From Nitrosopumilus sp. (GTDB lineage Archaea > Thermoproteota > Nitrososphaeria > Nitrososphaerales > Nitrosopumilaceae): a stretch of 64,000 nt of DNA. The notes under the pieces are model-generated. The model worked only from the letters and a program-made list of their open reading frames with translations. It was not told where the DNA came from and made no database searches. The position numbers and the translations under genes are program-made. How positions within the stretch are numbered: position 1 is the first letter of the stretch; every line of letters starts with the position of its first letter. The stretch covers positions 288,001-352,000 of the forward strand of contig OY763927.2 in NCBI GenBank assembly GCA_963667665.2. The letters are read 5' to 3'. Shown here piece after piece: positions 20,101 to 30,258 of the stretch.

Positions 20101-21789
20101 ATGGAAACTATGACAGGTGCAAAGGCCTTGATGACGGCTATGGAAAAAGAAGGCGTCAAACAAGTGTTTGGTATACCCGGAGGTGCAAATCTTCCGATGT
20201 ATGATGAATTTGCTAGATGCAATATTAGACATATCTTGGCAAGACATGAGCAATCAGCATCTCATATGGCTGATGGGTTTGGTAGGGTAAGCAGAAAGCC
20301 TGGTGTTTGCTTTGCAACATCGGGACCAGGTGCTACTAACATATTGACCGGCCTTGCAACAGCGCAAGCTGATTCTGCACCAATGGTTGCAGTAACTGGT
20401 CAAGTACCAGTAAATATGATTGGACGAGATGCATTTCAGGAAAGTGATATTATTGGAATGTCAAACCCTGTTGTAAAATATGCATTTCAACCAAGAACGC
20501 CAGGCGAAATTCCAGAAGCTGTTAGAAAAGGATTCTACATTGCAGAAACAGGAAGACCCGGACCTGTATTAATTGATATTCCAAAAGATGTTCAAACAGG
20601 AAAAGCAGAGATGACATTTCCTGATGAATTTAAAATTCAAGGATATCATCCATGGGCTGATCCTGATATTGTTGCATGTGAGAAAGCAATTGATATGTTA
20701 CTTAATTCAGAAAAACCAATCATCTTAGCTGGTGGTGGAACTATTATCTCATCAGCGTTTGCAGAATTGCAAGCTATCGCTGAAACTCTTATGCTTCCAG
20801 TAGTTACTACTTTTAAAGGAAAGGGGGCGTTTCCTGAAACTCATCCTTTGTCCTTAGGACCAATTGGAATGCATGGACATGCAGAGGCAAACAAAATGAT
20901 GACAGAAGCTGACTGTGTATTGGCAATAGGAACTCGATTCTCTGATAGATCAGTTGGAACCTTTGAGGCATTTGAAAAGAGGCTCAAAATCATTCACTTG
21001 GATGTAGATCCTGCAGAGATTGGTAAAAACCAAACAGCACAAGTTGCAGTAGTTGGAGATGTTAAAGCATCACTTCGAATAATGATAAAGTTACTTTTGC
21101 AAAGAGCAATTAAAAAAACTGAAGAGTCTACTTGGATAAAGCATGTAAAAGAAACTAAAGCTTACTGGCAAGAAAACTTGAAAATTCATCCAGGAGAAAT
21201 GGGTGCTGCAAAAATTTTACGTAAGCTAAGAGAGTTGTTACCTGCTGAATCAATTATCACTACCGAAGTAGGACAACACCAAATGTGGGCATCATTATTT
21301 TATGATGTAATTCAACCTGGTACTTTCTTTAGCTCTACTGGTTTGGGTACTATGGGTTGGGGATTTCCAGCATCAATTGGTGCCAAAGTTGCAAGACCTG
21401 ATGTTCCTGTAGTGGATATTGCAGGAGATGGTAGCTTTGCAATGACTGAAAACTCACTTGCAACTGCAGTCTTAGAGGATATTCCAGTAATCGTGTTTAT
21501 CTTAAATAATTTCACATTAGGAATGGTTGCTCAATGGCAAAGAACATTCTATGATAGAAGAATGATTGGAGTAGACCAAAAACACTGTCCTGATTATGTA
21601 AAATTAGCTGAATCATACGGAGCTCAAGGAATTAGAGCACAATCAATGGATGAGCTTGACAAAGCAATCAAAGCTGCATTATCAAGTGATGTTGCAACTG
21701 TAATTGATATTCCAATTGACCCTGAAGAAGACGTGTTACCATTTGTAGCTCCTGGAACTCCACTTGAGGATATGGTCTTACCATCATAG
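20101..21789 (+). CDS. ilvB: Acetolactate synthase large subunit
   Basis: FGIPGG, RHEQ, TSGPGATN, and GDG...NN TPP-binding motif; alternative start at 20077. Confidence 0.96.
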   Translation: METMTGAKALMTAMEKEGVKQVFGIPGGANLPMYDEFARCNIRHILARHEQSASHMADGFGRVSRKPGVCFATSGPGATNILTGLATAQADSAPMVAVTGQVPVNMIGRDAFQESDIIGMSNPVVKYAFQPRTPGEIPEAVRKGFYIAETGRPGPVLIDIPKDVQTGKAEMTFPDEFKIQGYHPWADPDIVACEKAIDMLLNSEKPIILAGGGTIISSAFAELQAIAETLMLPVVTTFKGKGAFPETHPLSLGPIGMHGHAEANKMMTEADCVLAIGTRFSDRSVGTFEAFEKRLKIIHLDVDPAEIGKNQTAQVAVVGDVKASLRIMIKLLLQRAIKKTEESTWIKHVKETKAYWQENLKIHPGEMGAAKILRKLRELLPAESIITTEVGQHQMWASLFYDVIQPGTFFSSTGLGTMGWGFPASIGAKVARPDVPVVDIAGDGSFAMTENSLATAVLEDIPVIVFILNNFTLGMVAQWQRTFYDRRMIGVDQKHCPDYVKLAESYGAQGIRAQSMDELDKAIKAALSSDVATVIDIPIDPEEDVLPFVAPGTPLEDMVLPS

Positions 21790-21798
21790 TGATTAATC

Positions 21799-22281
21799 AT
21801 GTGGGCGATAATTTCTCTTTTAGTTGAAAACAAAACTGGGATCTTGTTTAAGATAACTCATCTTTTCAGGTCTAGAAATTTCAATATTGATAGTATTTCA
21901 GTTGGGGTAACTGAGAATCCGGATTATTCTAGAATGACTATTACTACTAATAGTGATGAAAAGCGAGTTGCACAAATTGTAAAACAATTAGAAAAAATGA
22001 TTGATACCGTAGAAGTTAAGCAATTAGACGAGCACAAAACAGTGTATAGAGAACTCTGTCTTTTTATGATAAAACTCAGCAACGCTAATGACAGTATGGA
22101 AATTAACAAGATAGTTAATGCATATGGCGGCAAAGTACATGATGTGAAAAAAGAATCACTTATGGTTGAATTGACTGCAACACCATACCAAATCCAAGCA
22201 TTTGAGGAATTGATAAAGCCATTTGGTATTATTGATGTGGCACGAACTGGAGTTGCTGCATTACAGAGGAGTGGATCATGA
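21799..22281 (+). CDS. ilvN: Acetolactate synthase small subunit
   Basis: ACT domain with RNFNIDSISVG; C-terminal ARTG. Confidence 0.95.
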   Translation: MWAIISLLVENKTGILFKITHLFRSRNFNIDSISVGVTENPDYSRMTITTNSDEKRVAQIVKQLEKMIDTVEVKQLDEHKTVYRELCLFMIKLSNANDSMEINKIVNAYGGKVHDVKKESLMVELTATPYQIQAFEELIKPFGIIDVARTGVAALQRSGS

Positions 22282-23777
22282 AAGTTAGAATATTTGATAC
22301 AACATTAAGGGATGGAGAGCAAACACTTGGTGTTTCATTGTCACCTGATCAAAAATTATCAATTGCAAAAAAACTTGATGAATTAGGAGTTGATGCAATA
22401 GAGGCAGGCTTTCCTGTAATTTCTGATGGTGAATTCAAAGGAGTACAAATGATAACTGCAGAAGGATTATCTGCAGAAATAGTTGGATTAACTAGAACTA
22501 TCAAAACTGATATTGATTCTGCAATTGATGCAGGACTAAATTCTATTCACACATTCATTGCAACCTCTGATATTCATTTAGAGTATAAACTCAAAATGAC
22601 AAGAGAGCAAGCACTTGAAAAAGCAATTGAAGCAGTAGAGTATGGAAAATCACGTGGTATCAAAGTTGAGTTCTCAGCTGAAGATGCAACTAGAACTGAT
22701 AGAGAATTCTTAAAAAAAGTATTCGGCGAAGTTGCAAAAGCAGGAGCTGATAGAATTGATATTCCTGATACTGTAGGATATTCCACACCAGAGTATATGG
22801 CAGAAATTACTCGTGATGCTGTAATTGCATCAAAACTTCCAGTAAGTGTTCATTGTCATAATGACTTTGGATTAGCAGTTGCAAACGCATTATCTGGAAT
22901 TCATGCAGGTGCAGTATGTGCACATGTTACAATTAATGGAATTGGAGAACGTGCAGGAAATGCATCATTAGAAGAATTATCCATGGCATTGCAATGTTTA
23001 CCATATGAGCAAAAATATGAAACAAATATCAAATCTGAATTAATCTATGATACATCAAGGTATATCTCAAAAATTGCAGGCATCAAAGTGCAGCCAAACA
23101 AGGCAATAGTTGGAGACAATGCATTTGGACATGAATCGGGAATTCATACTCATGGTGTATTGAATAATCCATTAACATACGAACCAATCAGTCCAGAGTT
23201 AGTAGGACGAAAGAGAAGACTTCGTGTTGGAAAACATGCAGGAATTCATGGAATGAATGCAATGCTTGCAGAATTTGGAGTAAAACCAACTGAGAAACAA
23301 TCAGAGCAAATCTTGGAAAAAGTCAAAGTATTGGGTGACCAAGGAAAGCAAATCTCAGATGTAGAGTTGTTAAGTATAGCAAGTGATGTTCTTGGAGACA
23401 AAGGCATCAAAAGAATTGTACAGTTAACTGGATTCTCAGTATCTACTGGAATTGGAACAATGCCTTATGCATTTGTAAAATTAACCATCGATGGAAAAGA
23501 GTATTCAGGAACTGATCATGGTGTTGGTCCAGTTGATGCATCACTTAATGCTATACAAAAAATTACAGGGCAAATCTCAGAAATTCGAATCAAAGATTAT
23601 TCTTTAGCATCAATTTCTGGTGGTGCCAATGCATTATGTGAAGTAACAATTAGTGTAGAGGATGCACAAGGAAATCGTGTTTCTGCAAAGTCAGTTGGTG
23701 AGGATATCGTAATTACCAGTGTTCAAGCAGTTATTGATGGGATAAATAGAATTATGCTCAAAAAGATGCTTAAATAA
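22278..23777 (+). CDS. leuA: 2-isopropylmalate synthase (LeuA/CimA family)
   Basis: DTTLRDGEQ, HCHND, GIGERAGN and regulatory domain GVGPVDA. Confidence 0.88.
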   Translation: MKVRIFDTTLRDGEQTLGVSLSPDQKLSIAKKLDELGVDAIEAGFPVISDGEFKGVQMITAEGLSAEIVGLTRTIKTDIDSAIDAGLNSIHTFIATSDIHLEYKLKMTREQALEKAIEAVEYGKSRGIKVEFSAEDATRTDREFLKKVFGEVAKAGADRIDIPDTVGYSTPEYMAEITRDAVIASKLPVSVHCHNDFGLAVANALSGIHAGAVCAHVTINGIGERAGNASLEELSMALQCLPYEQKYETNIKSELIYDTSRYISKIAGIKVQPNKAIVGDNAFGHESGIHTHGVLNNPLTYEPISPELVGRKRRLRVGKHAGIHGMNAMLAEFGVKPTEKQSEQILEKVKVLGDQGKQISDVELLSIASDVLGDKGIKRIVQLTGFSVSTGIGTMPYAFVKLTIDGKEYSGTDHGVGPVDASLNAIQKITGQISEIRIKDYSLASISGGANALCEVTISVEDAQGNRVSAKSVGEDIVITSVQAVIDGINRIMLKKMLK

Positions 23778-23805
23778 AAACGGGTTAGCTAATCTTTGAT
23801 GTATC

Positions 23806-24819
23806 ATGTACAAAATATCATTAATCACTGGTGATGGGATTGGCCCTGAAATCTCAGATTCTGCAGTATCTGTATTAAATAAAATAAATGAAAATTATGA
23901 TTTAGAATTTGAGATTACAAAATTGTTAGCTGGCGATAAAGCACTTGAAATTACAGGAAATCCACTTCCTTCTGAGACTATCAATATAATCAAAGACTCT
24001 GATGCATGCTTGAAAGCTCCAGTTGGGGAGACAGCTGCTGATGTTATTGTAGTATTAAGAAGAATGCTTGATCTTTATGCCAATATCAGACCTGCAAAAT
24101 CCTATCCGCACATGCCCGCACTTCGTGATGATATTGATATGGTAATAGTTCGTGAAAATACTGAAGATCTTTACAAGGGAGAAGAGTTTCGTATAGACGG
24201 TGCAGCAGTTGCATTAAGAACAATTTCAGAGAAAGCATCTACTAGAATTGCTAAATATGCATTTGAGATGGCAACACAACGCGGTAATATGAAAAAAGTA
24301 ACTTGTGTTCATAAAAGTAACGTAATGCGAATCACTGATGGATTATTTTCTAAATGTTGTGAAGATGTATCAAAAGTGTATCCAGATATAACATTTGAGC
24401 AGATGTATGTTGATGCTGCTGCAATGAATTTAATTCGTCAACCAGAACAGTTTGATGTAATAGTAACTACGAATTTGTTTGGAGATATTCTCTCTGATGA
24501 ATCATCTCAAGTAGTTGGCGGATTGGGAATGGCACCTGCTGCTAATCTTGGAGATAATTTTGCATTATTTGAGCCAGTTCATGGCGCAGCATTTGATATT
24601 GCAGGACAAAATATAGCAAATCCATCTTCATTTTTGTTATCAATTAAGATGATGTTTGATTGGCTTGGTGCTAAACATAATGATAAAAAATGTGTAGATG
24701 TTGGAGCAAAACTAGAATCTGTAATCTTTGATTTAGTCAAAACAGGCTCTAAAACTAAGGACATTGGTGGTACCATGAGTACTGTAGAGTTTACAAAAGC
24801 GATTACTGATAATCTCTAA
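23806..24819 (+). CDS. leuB: 3-isopropylmalate dehydrogenase
   Basis: GDGIGPE, RENTE, NLFGDILSD and EPVHG motifs; operon context. Confidence 0.88.
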   Translation: MYKISLITGDGIGPEISDSAVSVLNKINENYDLEFEITKLLAGDKALEITGNPLPSETINIIKDSDACLKAPVGETAADVIVVLRRMLDLYANIRPAKSYPHMPALRDDIDMVIVRENTEDLYKGEEFRIDGAAVALRTISEKASTRIAKYAFEMATQRGNMKKVTCVHKSNVMRITDGLFSKCCEDVSKVYPDITFEQMYVDAAAMNLIRQPEQFDVIVTTNLFGDILSDESSQVVGGLGMAPAANLGDNFALFEPVHGAAFDIAGQNIANPSSFLLSIKMMFDWLGAKHNDKKCVDVGAKLESVIFDLVKTGSKTKDIGGTMSTVEFTKAITDNL

Positions 24820-24837
24820 AATCTATAATTTTTAAAT

Positions 24838-25047
24838 TTATTCTGTGCCTTTTTCCAACTTTATTTTTCTAATAACTTCTTTAACCAAATCCTCATCTTT
24901 AATGACTAATTCTTGCAGTTTTTTCTTGTATTCTTCATCACCCCATCTGTCTGATGCAAACATTTCTTTCACTAATTTTACAATTTCAGATTTATTTCTC
25001 TGATGGTCACGTTTGGCTATTTCTGCACCTTCCATAACTATTCTCAA
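24838..25047 (-). CDS. Hypothetical protein
   Basis: 69-aa charged ORF. Confidence 0.55.
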   Translation of the reverse strand: MRIVMEGAEIAKRDHQRNKSEIVKLVKEMFASDRWGDEEYKKKLQELVIKDEDLVKEVIRKIKLEKGTE

Positions 25048-25106
25048 ATAATTATCAACTTAAGTTCTTCTTTAAATTCAACAACGACGTAATCTATAGT
25101 GATATC

Positions 25107-25373
25107 ATGAGTGAAACCTGGAGAGAAAGACTAAGCAGAAGAAGATTAGAAATAGGAATTGAAGGACCAGAATACAATTACATTCAAAGTTACATAGAAT
25201 TCTACTGCTCAGAAGCTGACCGTCGATGCAAAGAAATCGATATGGAGAAAACCGTAGATGAAGTAATTGATTCTATGAAAGATGAAAAGTTTGATAAATT
25301 TACAAGGTCAGTAATTGACTCTGTTCACAAAAAACAAGGATATGATGGGCAAGCTCCTGCTCAGATGACTTGA
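25107..25373 (+). CDS. Hypothetical protein
   Basis: 88-aa ORF coupled to the next gene. Confidence 0.65.
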   Translation: MSETWRERLSRRRLEIGIEGPEYNYIQSYIEFYCSEADRRCKEIDMEKTVDEVIDSMKDEKFDKFTRSVIDSVHKKQGYDGQAPAQMT

Positions 25374-25690
25374 TCAATCTAGGAAAAATCCTCCTTCAAC
25401 TAGTGTATGATTGTACCAGTAAAGATACTAAAAATCTTGAATCATTACAAAAGCAAATCCAAGAACGAATCTATTTTCTTAACGAAGAAAATATGAACAG
25501 TTTCAATGATCCTACCCTTTTAGAATATTATGAATTATACAATCAAATTCAGCAATGTCTTTTTGCAGATCACTCAAGCCAATACTTGCTTTATGCCGGA
25601 ATTATTCTAAGTGTTTCACTTTTTGTGGGGTTTCGTTGGTATATGATAAGAAAAGTAGAGGCTAAAAAGAAATTAAATTTCAAGGAATAG
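25370..25690 (+). CDS. Hypothetical protein with C-terminal TM helix
   Basis: YLLYAGIILSVSLFVGF hydrophobic segment. Confidence 0.6.
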   Translation: MINLGKILLQLVYDCTSKDTKNLESLQKQIQERIYFLNEENMNSFNDPTLLEYYELYNQIQQCLFADHSSQYLLYAGIILSVSLFVGFRWYMIRKVEAKKKLNFKE

Positions 25691-25713
25691 TCTATGGAAA
25701 AAATGATTAAATT

Positions 25714-25806
25714 ATGACTGAAGGCCAAATCATTGTACCCCTAGTGATAATTCTTGGAGTGGGAATTTTAGTCGGAACTAGAATCTGGTTGATGTTTAGA
25801 AAATAA
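25714..25806 (+). CDS. Single-TM microprotein (30 aa)
   Basis: MTEGQIIVPLVIILGVGILVGTRIWLMFRK. Confidence 0.45.
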   Translation: MTEGQIIVPLVIILGVGILVGTRIWLMFRK

Positions 25807-25826
25807 AGAGTTTAGATTCTATCGAA

Positions 25827-26204
25827 TCAGTTTGCCCAACCGCGTTGAATTAATTTTTCTGCAGTTTCAGGTTTTACACATGCAGGAGAATTATCAAATG
25901 CTTTGAAAATTAATTCAAATCCATTATTACAGGTTAGAGCATCTGGAGTTATGCCATTTTTTATTTGAGTTTTTAGTGATGTCATTGAAGGTTCATTTTT
26001 TATTGTGAATGGTATGGTTTCTTTATTTTCCCATGCATCTCTACCTCCAGGGATCTCAGAGCATAGTCTATCGCCACAAACGCGTGGATCAGGTTTGCCC
26101 CCTCCACCGCCTCCCCCACCTCCATATCCAAAAGATAGAGGAGTCAAGACAACAGAAAAGATCAAAATAGAAAATATCATCGTGCAAATGATTTTTAGTT
26201 TCAC
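25827..26204 (-). CDS. Secreted protein with poly-Gly tract and thaumarchaeal C-terminal PACVK...RGW domain
   Basis: Signal peptide, poly-Gly run, VCGDRLCSE, SPACVKPETAEKLIQRGW. Confidence 0.8.
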   Translation of the reverse strand: MKLKIICTMIFSILIFSVVLTPLSFGYGGGGGGGGGKPDPRVCGDRLCSEIPGGRDAWENKETIPFTIKNEPSMTSLKTQIKNGITPDALTCNNGFELIFKAFDNSPACVKPETAEKLIQRGWAN

Positions 26205-26373
26205 AAATTCTCTACACTAAACTAAGAATTAAAAATTTCAAGGAATAATCCATGTAATTTGAAATTACACACGTCTTCTTATGTTTCAAATTCACGTAGT
26301 TAATGCACGAATGTCCTAATTCGTGTGTTACTCGTTGTGACAGGATAGTGCATTGTTTCAACGAGATTCTAAA

Positions 26374-26544
26374 TCAACAGTTCATTTCATCAGAAAGTAT
26401 TCTTTTTCCATTGGATTTTACCTCAAAAGCACGAGAACATCGTTTGCATACAAGTAACATAGATTCAGTTAGTTCTAATTTTATAGAATGTCCATCATGT
26501 AGACATAATGGGCACAAATTGGAATTGTTGACATCAAATATCAT
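26374..26544 (-). CDS. Zn-ribbon microprotein (56 aa), not in ORF track
   Basis: MIFDVNNSNLCPLCLHDG...LVCKRCSRAFEV... Confidence 0.55.
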   Translation of the reverse strand: MIFDVNNSNLCPLCLHDGHSIKLELTESMLLVCKRCSRAFEVKSNGKRILSDEMNC

Positions 26545-26586
26545 CGTATAATATTTTACAATTATAGCATAAACCTTTTTCCAAGA

Positions 26587-26991
26587 TTAAGGAGTAAATA
26601 GTGCTTCTTGTGATTTTGTTGTTTTCTTTATTTTTCCTAATTTTAGTTTGGTTGCTTTCTTTGCGATTTTACTATGATCTGCATTTTTAGATGTAGTCAT
26701 ATACAATAGGTGATCATTACCCATTGGAATAACAATACGTGCTATCTTGCCGTATTGTGCAATTACAAATTCACCTTTACCAATCTTTGAGGCAAATTCA
26801 TTTCGTACCGACCAAGCTCGTGTAGCTGATTCAATTGATTTTAGACTTTCTCTATGTGTCAGAAGATTTTTTGCATTTTTTCTATGTTCACTATACTTTA
26901 CTTCCCCTAACATATTACACACTGTGGCAAATCTAATGTCTGGACTAATTTTTAGGGCCTTTTCTACCAAATCAAGATAAGGAAATCCCAT
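26587..26991 (-). CDS. Roadblock/profilin-like DUF6659-type protein
   Basis: IRFATVCN..G....S..R pattern; GKGEFVIAQYGKI. Confidence 0.7.
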   Translation of the reverse strand: MGFPYLDLVEKALKISPDIRFATVCNMLGEVKYSEHRKNAKNLLTHRESLKSIESATRAWSVRNEFASKIGKGEFVIAQYGKIARIVIPMGNDHLLYMTTSKNADHSKIAKKATKLKLGKIKKTTKSQEALFTP

Positions 26992-27026
26992 AAGACGGTT
27001 ATGTGATACAAAAACTTAAAGGATCT

Positions 27027-27698
27027 TTAAGAGTTAGAAACTAATCTCTTTGCTTTTGTAAATACTGCAGACCATTGCTTCCATGTTAATCGTCCTGTCT
27101 GCGTGTTTTGTTTTGATGGGTGATAAGATGTTAGAATCTGATAGTTATCATATCTGAATACTTTGTTGTGTCCAAATTTTTCTTGTTTTATTTGTAGTAA
27201 CTTACATGTAGCATCATATGCAATTTTTCCAAGACACAAAATCACTGAAATGTTTTTGAGAATTTTTAATTCGTCTTGTAGATACACAAAACAGTTTTCC
27301 ATTTCCTCTCGTGTTGGCTTGTTTTGTGGAGGAGCGCATCTAACTGCTGCTGTAATGTATGCATTATACAGTATCAATCCGTCATCTTTGTTTAGGCTTG
27401 TCGGAATGGAGGCAAATCCGTACTTGTACATTACCCTTGTAACCCAATCTCCTGATGAATCCCCTGTAAACATCCTTCCTGTTCTGTTTCCTCCATGAGC
27501 AGCTGGGGCCAATCCTACAATCAATAATTTAGCATTGAAGTCGCCAAATCCTGAAAGTGGTTTGCCATAATATTTCTCATCTTTGAATCGCCTTACCTTG
27601 TTTTTTGCAACATCTCTGATGTATACTGCAAGTCTGGGACATTTTTTACATCTTACAATCTTTTTGTTTAGAGATTCAATTGATTTCATATGGACCAA
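27027..27698 (-). CDS. Uracil-DNA glycosylase family 5 (UdgB-like)
   Basis: CxxCPRL, GLAPAAHGGNRTGRMFTGD and YHPSKQN motifs. Confidence 0.92.
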   Translation of the reverse strand: MVHMKSIESLNKKIVRCKKCPRLAVYIRDVAKNKVRRFKDEKYYGKPLSGFGDFNAKLLIVGLAPAAHGGNRTGRMFTGDSSGDWVTRVMYKYGFASIPTSLNKDDGLILYNAYITAAVRCAPPQNKPTREEMENCFVYLQDELKILKNISVILCLGKIAYDATCKLLQIKQEKFGHNKVFRYDNYQILTSYHPSKQNTQTGRLTWKQWSAVFTKAKRLVSNS

Positions 27699-27744
27699 TT
27701 TTAGTTGGTATCAATAAAAATACTCTACTGATTTTCTTTGATAA

Positions 27745-27846
27745 TCATTCTGGTTCGTCTTGTCCTCTATCCAGTCCACAATGAGGACAGATTCGTTGGT
27801 TTTCCCATAATTCTTTCCCACATTTTCTACATGATTGGGGTTTCAT
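27745..27846 (-). CDS. Zn-ribbon microprotein (33 aa)
   Basis: MKPQSCRKCGKELWENQRICPHCGLDRGQDEPE. Confidence 0.6.
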   Translation of the reverse strand: MKPQSCRKCGKELWENQRICPHCGLDRGQDEPE

Positions 27847-27986
27847 GAAATAATTACCACATTATTAGATTTAAGAGATAATCAAAGTAATTAATAGAAA
27901 ATCTGTTTAATTTTTTTCAATTATCTTTACAATCATTAAGAAATCCAAGAATCAAAGTTATTTTCAATAATATCTTTCAAATACTA

Positions 27987-28241
27987 ATGCAAAATGACAT
28001 TCGTCATGATATCCTAAAGTTAGAAGATGATATTTTAGAAATAGAGGACAGCATTATAGAATTTTTGAGACCAAACAATGATCTACAACTCAAAAAAGCA
28101 CTTCATGAATTAAAGATGGATCTGAAACATCTAAGCATTCTTGCAAACGGAGCTCCTCTTGATAAAACTGAAGCCAGAAACACTATGGATTTTTTAAGAA
28201 CTCATTATAATCATCTGCAAGAACTATCCCTTCTTGCATAG
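27987..28241 (+). CDS. Hypothetical helical protein
   Basis: 84-aa ORF. Confidence 0.7.
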   Translation: MQNDIRHDILKLEDDILEIEDSIIEFLRPNNDLQLKKALHELKMDLKHLSILANGAPLDKTEARNTMDFLRTHYNHLQELSLLA

Positions 28242-28279
28242 ACGGTCTCTTTTTTAGTAATGAATTGTTAATTTTACTA

Positions 28280-28355
28280 CGGAAGCTGACTAGAGGTTAT
28301 GGTTACCAAAACCTTGATGGCGATTCAACATCCACTTTGCCACACTCAGCTTCCG
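28280..28355. ncRNA. Candidate structured RNA (three-way junction)
   Basis: Perfect 10-bp closing stem CGGAAGCTGA/TCAGCTTCCG plus two internal hairpins; GC-rich island in an AT-rich intergenic region. Confidence 0.45.
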
Positions 28356-28468
28356 AAAATTAATCCTGTAGAATATCATTTTTGGAATTAGTAAAACAAA
28401 AACAATCCTATAGTCATTAAGAATAATCCAATTATTGCTAATGCTTTTTCTTTATTTGAAATCAGATG

Positions 28469-28573
28469 TTATACACCAAATCTCTGAGGTCCACATTTTA
28501 GGCACTTTAGTCCTCTTGTTTCTTGTCCACACTTTTTACAATGCATAACAATTCCTGCTAGTGCTAGTACCAT
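28469..28573 (-). CDS. Zn-ribbon microprotein (34 aa)
   Basis: MVLALAGIVMHCKKCGQETRGLKCLKCGPQRFGV. Confidence 0.5.
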   Translation of the reverse strand: MVLALAGIVMHCKKCGQETRGLKCLKCGPQRFGV

Positions 28574-28660
28574 ACATTCTATACTGTATCATTTCTTAAA
28601 AATCACTACATAATGTTCAGAAAATAAAATGATATTAACCTGCAAAAAAAAAAATTATTA

Positions 28661-28990
28661 GTGTTTTATTCAGTAAAAGCCAGATTCATTGAAAACAATA
28701 TGGGAGAATTTTATCAAAAACTAACTGATGGGACAATTAAAAATCAAAAACCTGATGGTGAGGAGATAATTAACTCTATGAAGCGTGCTAAAATTATTGA
28801 ACCAAACGTCATTCAATGGTCTGAAATGTGTTTTTGCCCAACTCCATTAAAACATGAACGAGAAACCATATATGATAATTATCTAATAGACATGGAGACT
28901 ATCCAAATAGATGATTATGTAGAGTATGCAGGCGAGTTTTTTATGGATTTTTTAGCAAAAAATAAAGAAAACCTTAGAGAATACAAATAA
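28661..28990 (+). CDS. Conserved hypothetical protein
   Basis: LTDGTIKNQKPDG and WSEMCFCPTPLKHER motifs. Confidence 0.75.
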   Translation: MFYSVKARFIENNMGEFYQKLTDGTIKNQKPDGEEIINSMKRAKIIEPNVIQWSEMCFCPTPLKHERETIYDNYLIDMETIQIDDYVEYAGEFFMDFLAKNKENLREYK

Positions 28991-29223
28991 TGAATCATCA
29001 ATGTACTCATTGTGGTAAAACATTTGAAAATCTACGACTGCTAAATAATCATTACAATCAACATGGAATAGATAATCTTGAAGAGAAAGGATTTTTTGAT
29101 GAATACAAAAAAACTATGATTAAACAAAAAGAAGATTATGATAAAATGAAACAAAGAAAAGGTGATTCTGATCTAATCTTTAATGAAAAAGATAACAAGA
29201 AAACAGAATCAAACCAGGAATAA
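28990..29223 (+). CDS. C2H2 zinc-finger protein
   Basis: CTHCGKTF..L..LNNHYNQH. Confidence 0.8.
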   Translation: MNHQCTHCGKTFENLRLLNNHYNQHGIDNLEEKGFFDEYKKTMIKQKEDYDKMKQRKGDSDLIFNEKDNKKTESNQE

Positions 29224-29247
29224 TTATAATAAAAAATGACTCTGCCT

Positions 29248-29895
29248 CTAGCATCCGTGTTTGATGGCCCAAGACTCTTCTGCAAATTCACTGGAATCAC
29301 AAAATTGATTCTCCAAATATCCTAAATCTGCATCAAGTAATTCTTGATTTAGATTCAAGCCATTACAATAAACTACTCCGATAATTCTACCATAACTCCC
29401 TTCAGTCTGGCTGTCATCTTCATCAACTATGACATCAGAACCAACAGGACAAATTGTCTCTATAAAATTCCTAGAATCTACTCCTCCAAATCCTTTTAGT
29501 TCAGGGGCAGAAGATAATGCAAATCTAACTGATTCCCCATCAACATGAATTGTATCTCCATCAACAATTTTAGTTACCGAACCTTCCACACATCTGGCAA
29601 TACCTGAGCATTTTCCTGAAGTTACTTTTATCTCTGTATTTGACATGTCCATTTTCATTTCTGGTGTTGACATATCCATTTTCATATCAGAGCAATTCTC
29701 CATGAAATGTGTATGAAATTCTATATGCATGTCGATATCTAGTGCAGTGTGCTCTTCAGAGGCACTAAAGTCAAGCATCTCATTACAATCAAGACCTGTC
29801 CAAGGCTTTGCATCAACTGTTTCTTGTGAAATTGCTAATCCTGCAGCAACAGCTACAATCCCAGCAATAATTGAGATAATTATGATCTGCTTCAC
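29248..29895 (-). CDS. Membrane-anchored thermonuclease (SNase)-family protein with His/Met-rich linker
   Basis: KIVDGDT, APE and YGR motifs; N-terminal TM; MKMDMS twice. Confidence 0.82.
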   Translation of the reverse strand: MKQIIIISIIAGIVAVAAGLAISQETVDAKPWTGLDCNEMLDFSASEEHTALDIDMHIEFHTHFMENCSDMKMDMSTPEMKMDMSNTEIKVTSGKCSGIARCVEGSVTKIVDGDTIHVDGESVRFALSSAPELKGFGGVDSRNFIETICPVGSDVIVDEDDSQTEGSYGRIIGVVYCNGLNLNQELLDADLGYLENQFCDSSEFAEESWAIKHGC

Positions 29896-29934
29896 AATAG
29901 ATGCTGAAATTTTCTAAGAATTAAAATTAATTGA

Positions 29935-30171
29935 TTATCGATAATCTTCTGGAATCCATGGATTCTCATCTGACCATCTATACAGTAAAGTATGCTCAGG
30001 CATAAAAAATTCAAAATAATTTACTGCAGCCCTACCATATTTTTCTATGATATGCCAGTGTGCCTCACTAGGTTCCATCTGTGCAATTTTGAAAAACTCT
30101 TTTTGTGAAAAATTAGGATTTTTTGGCTTTACTGAATAAGTGAAACCCATATTTGCACTAAATTTCCTCAA
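29935..30171 (-). CDS. Hypothetical protein
   Basis: 78-aa ORF; start uncertain. Confidence 0.6.
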   Translation of the reverse strand: MRKFSANMGFTYSVKPKNPNFSQKEFFKIAQMEPSEAHWHIIEKYGRAAVNYFEFFMPEHTLLYRWSDENPWIPEDYR

Positions 30172-30258
30172 TGTAAATTGAAAAAGATTATAATTTTTTC
30201 ACAAACTGGCAAAAAAACTTCAAAGTTTTCAATATTTGAGATGATTGGATAAAATATT

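Noticed and set aside
26303-26551. Plus-strand 82-aa ORF
   Set aside because: The opposite-strand Zn-ribbon ORF 26374..26544 has paired CxxC motifs and is co-oriented with its neighbours, so it is the better call.
28280-28355. Possible tRNA
   Set aside because: Right size, but no D arm, anticodon arm or canonical T-loop on either strand.
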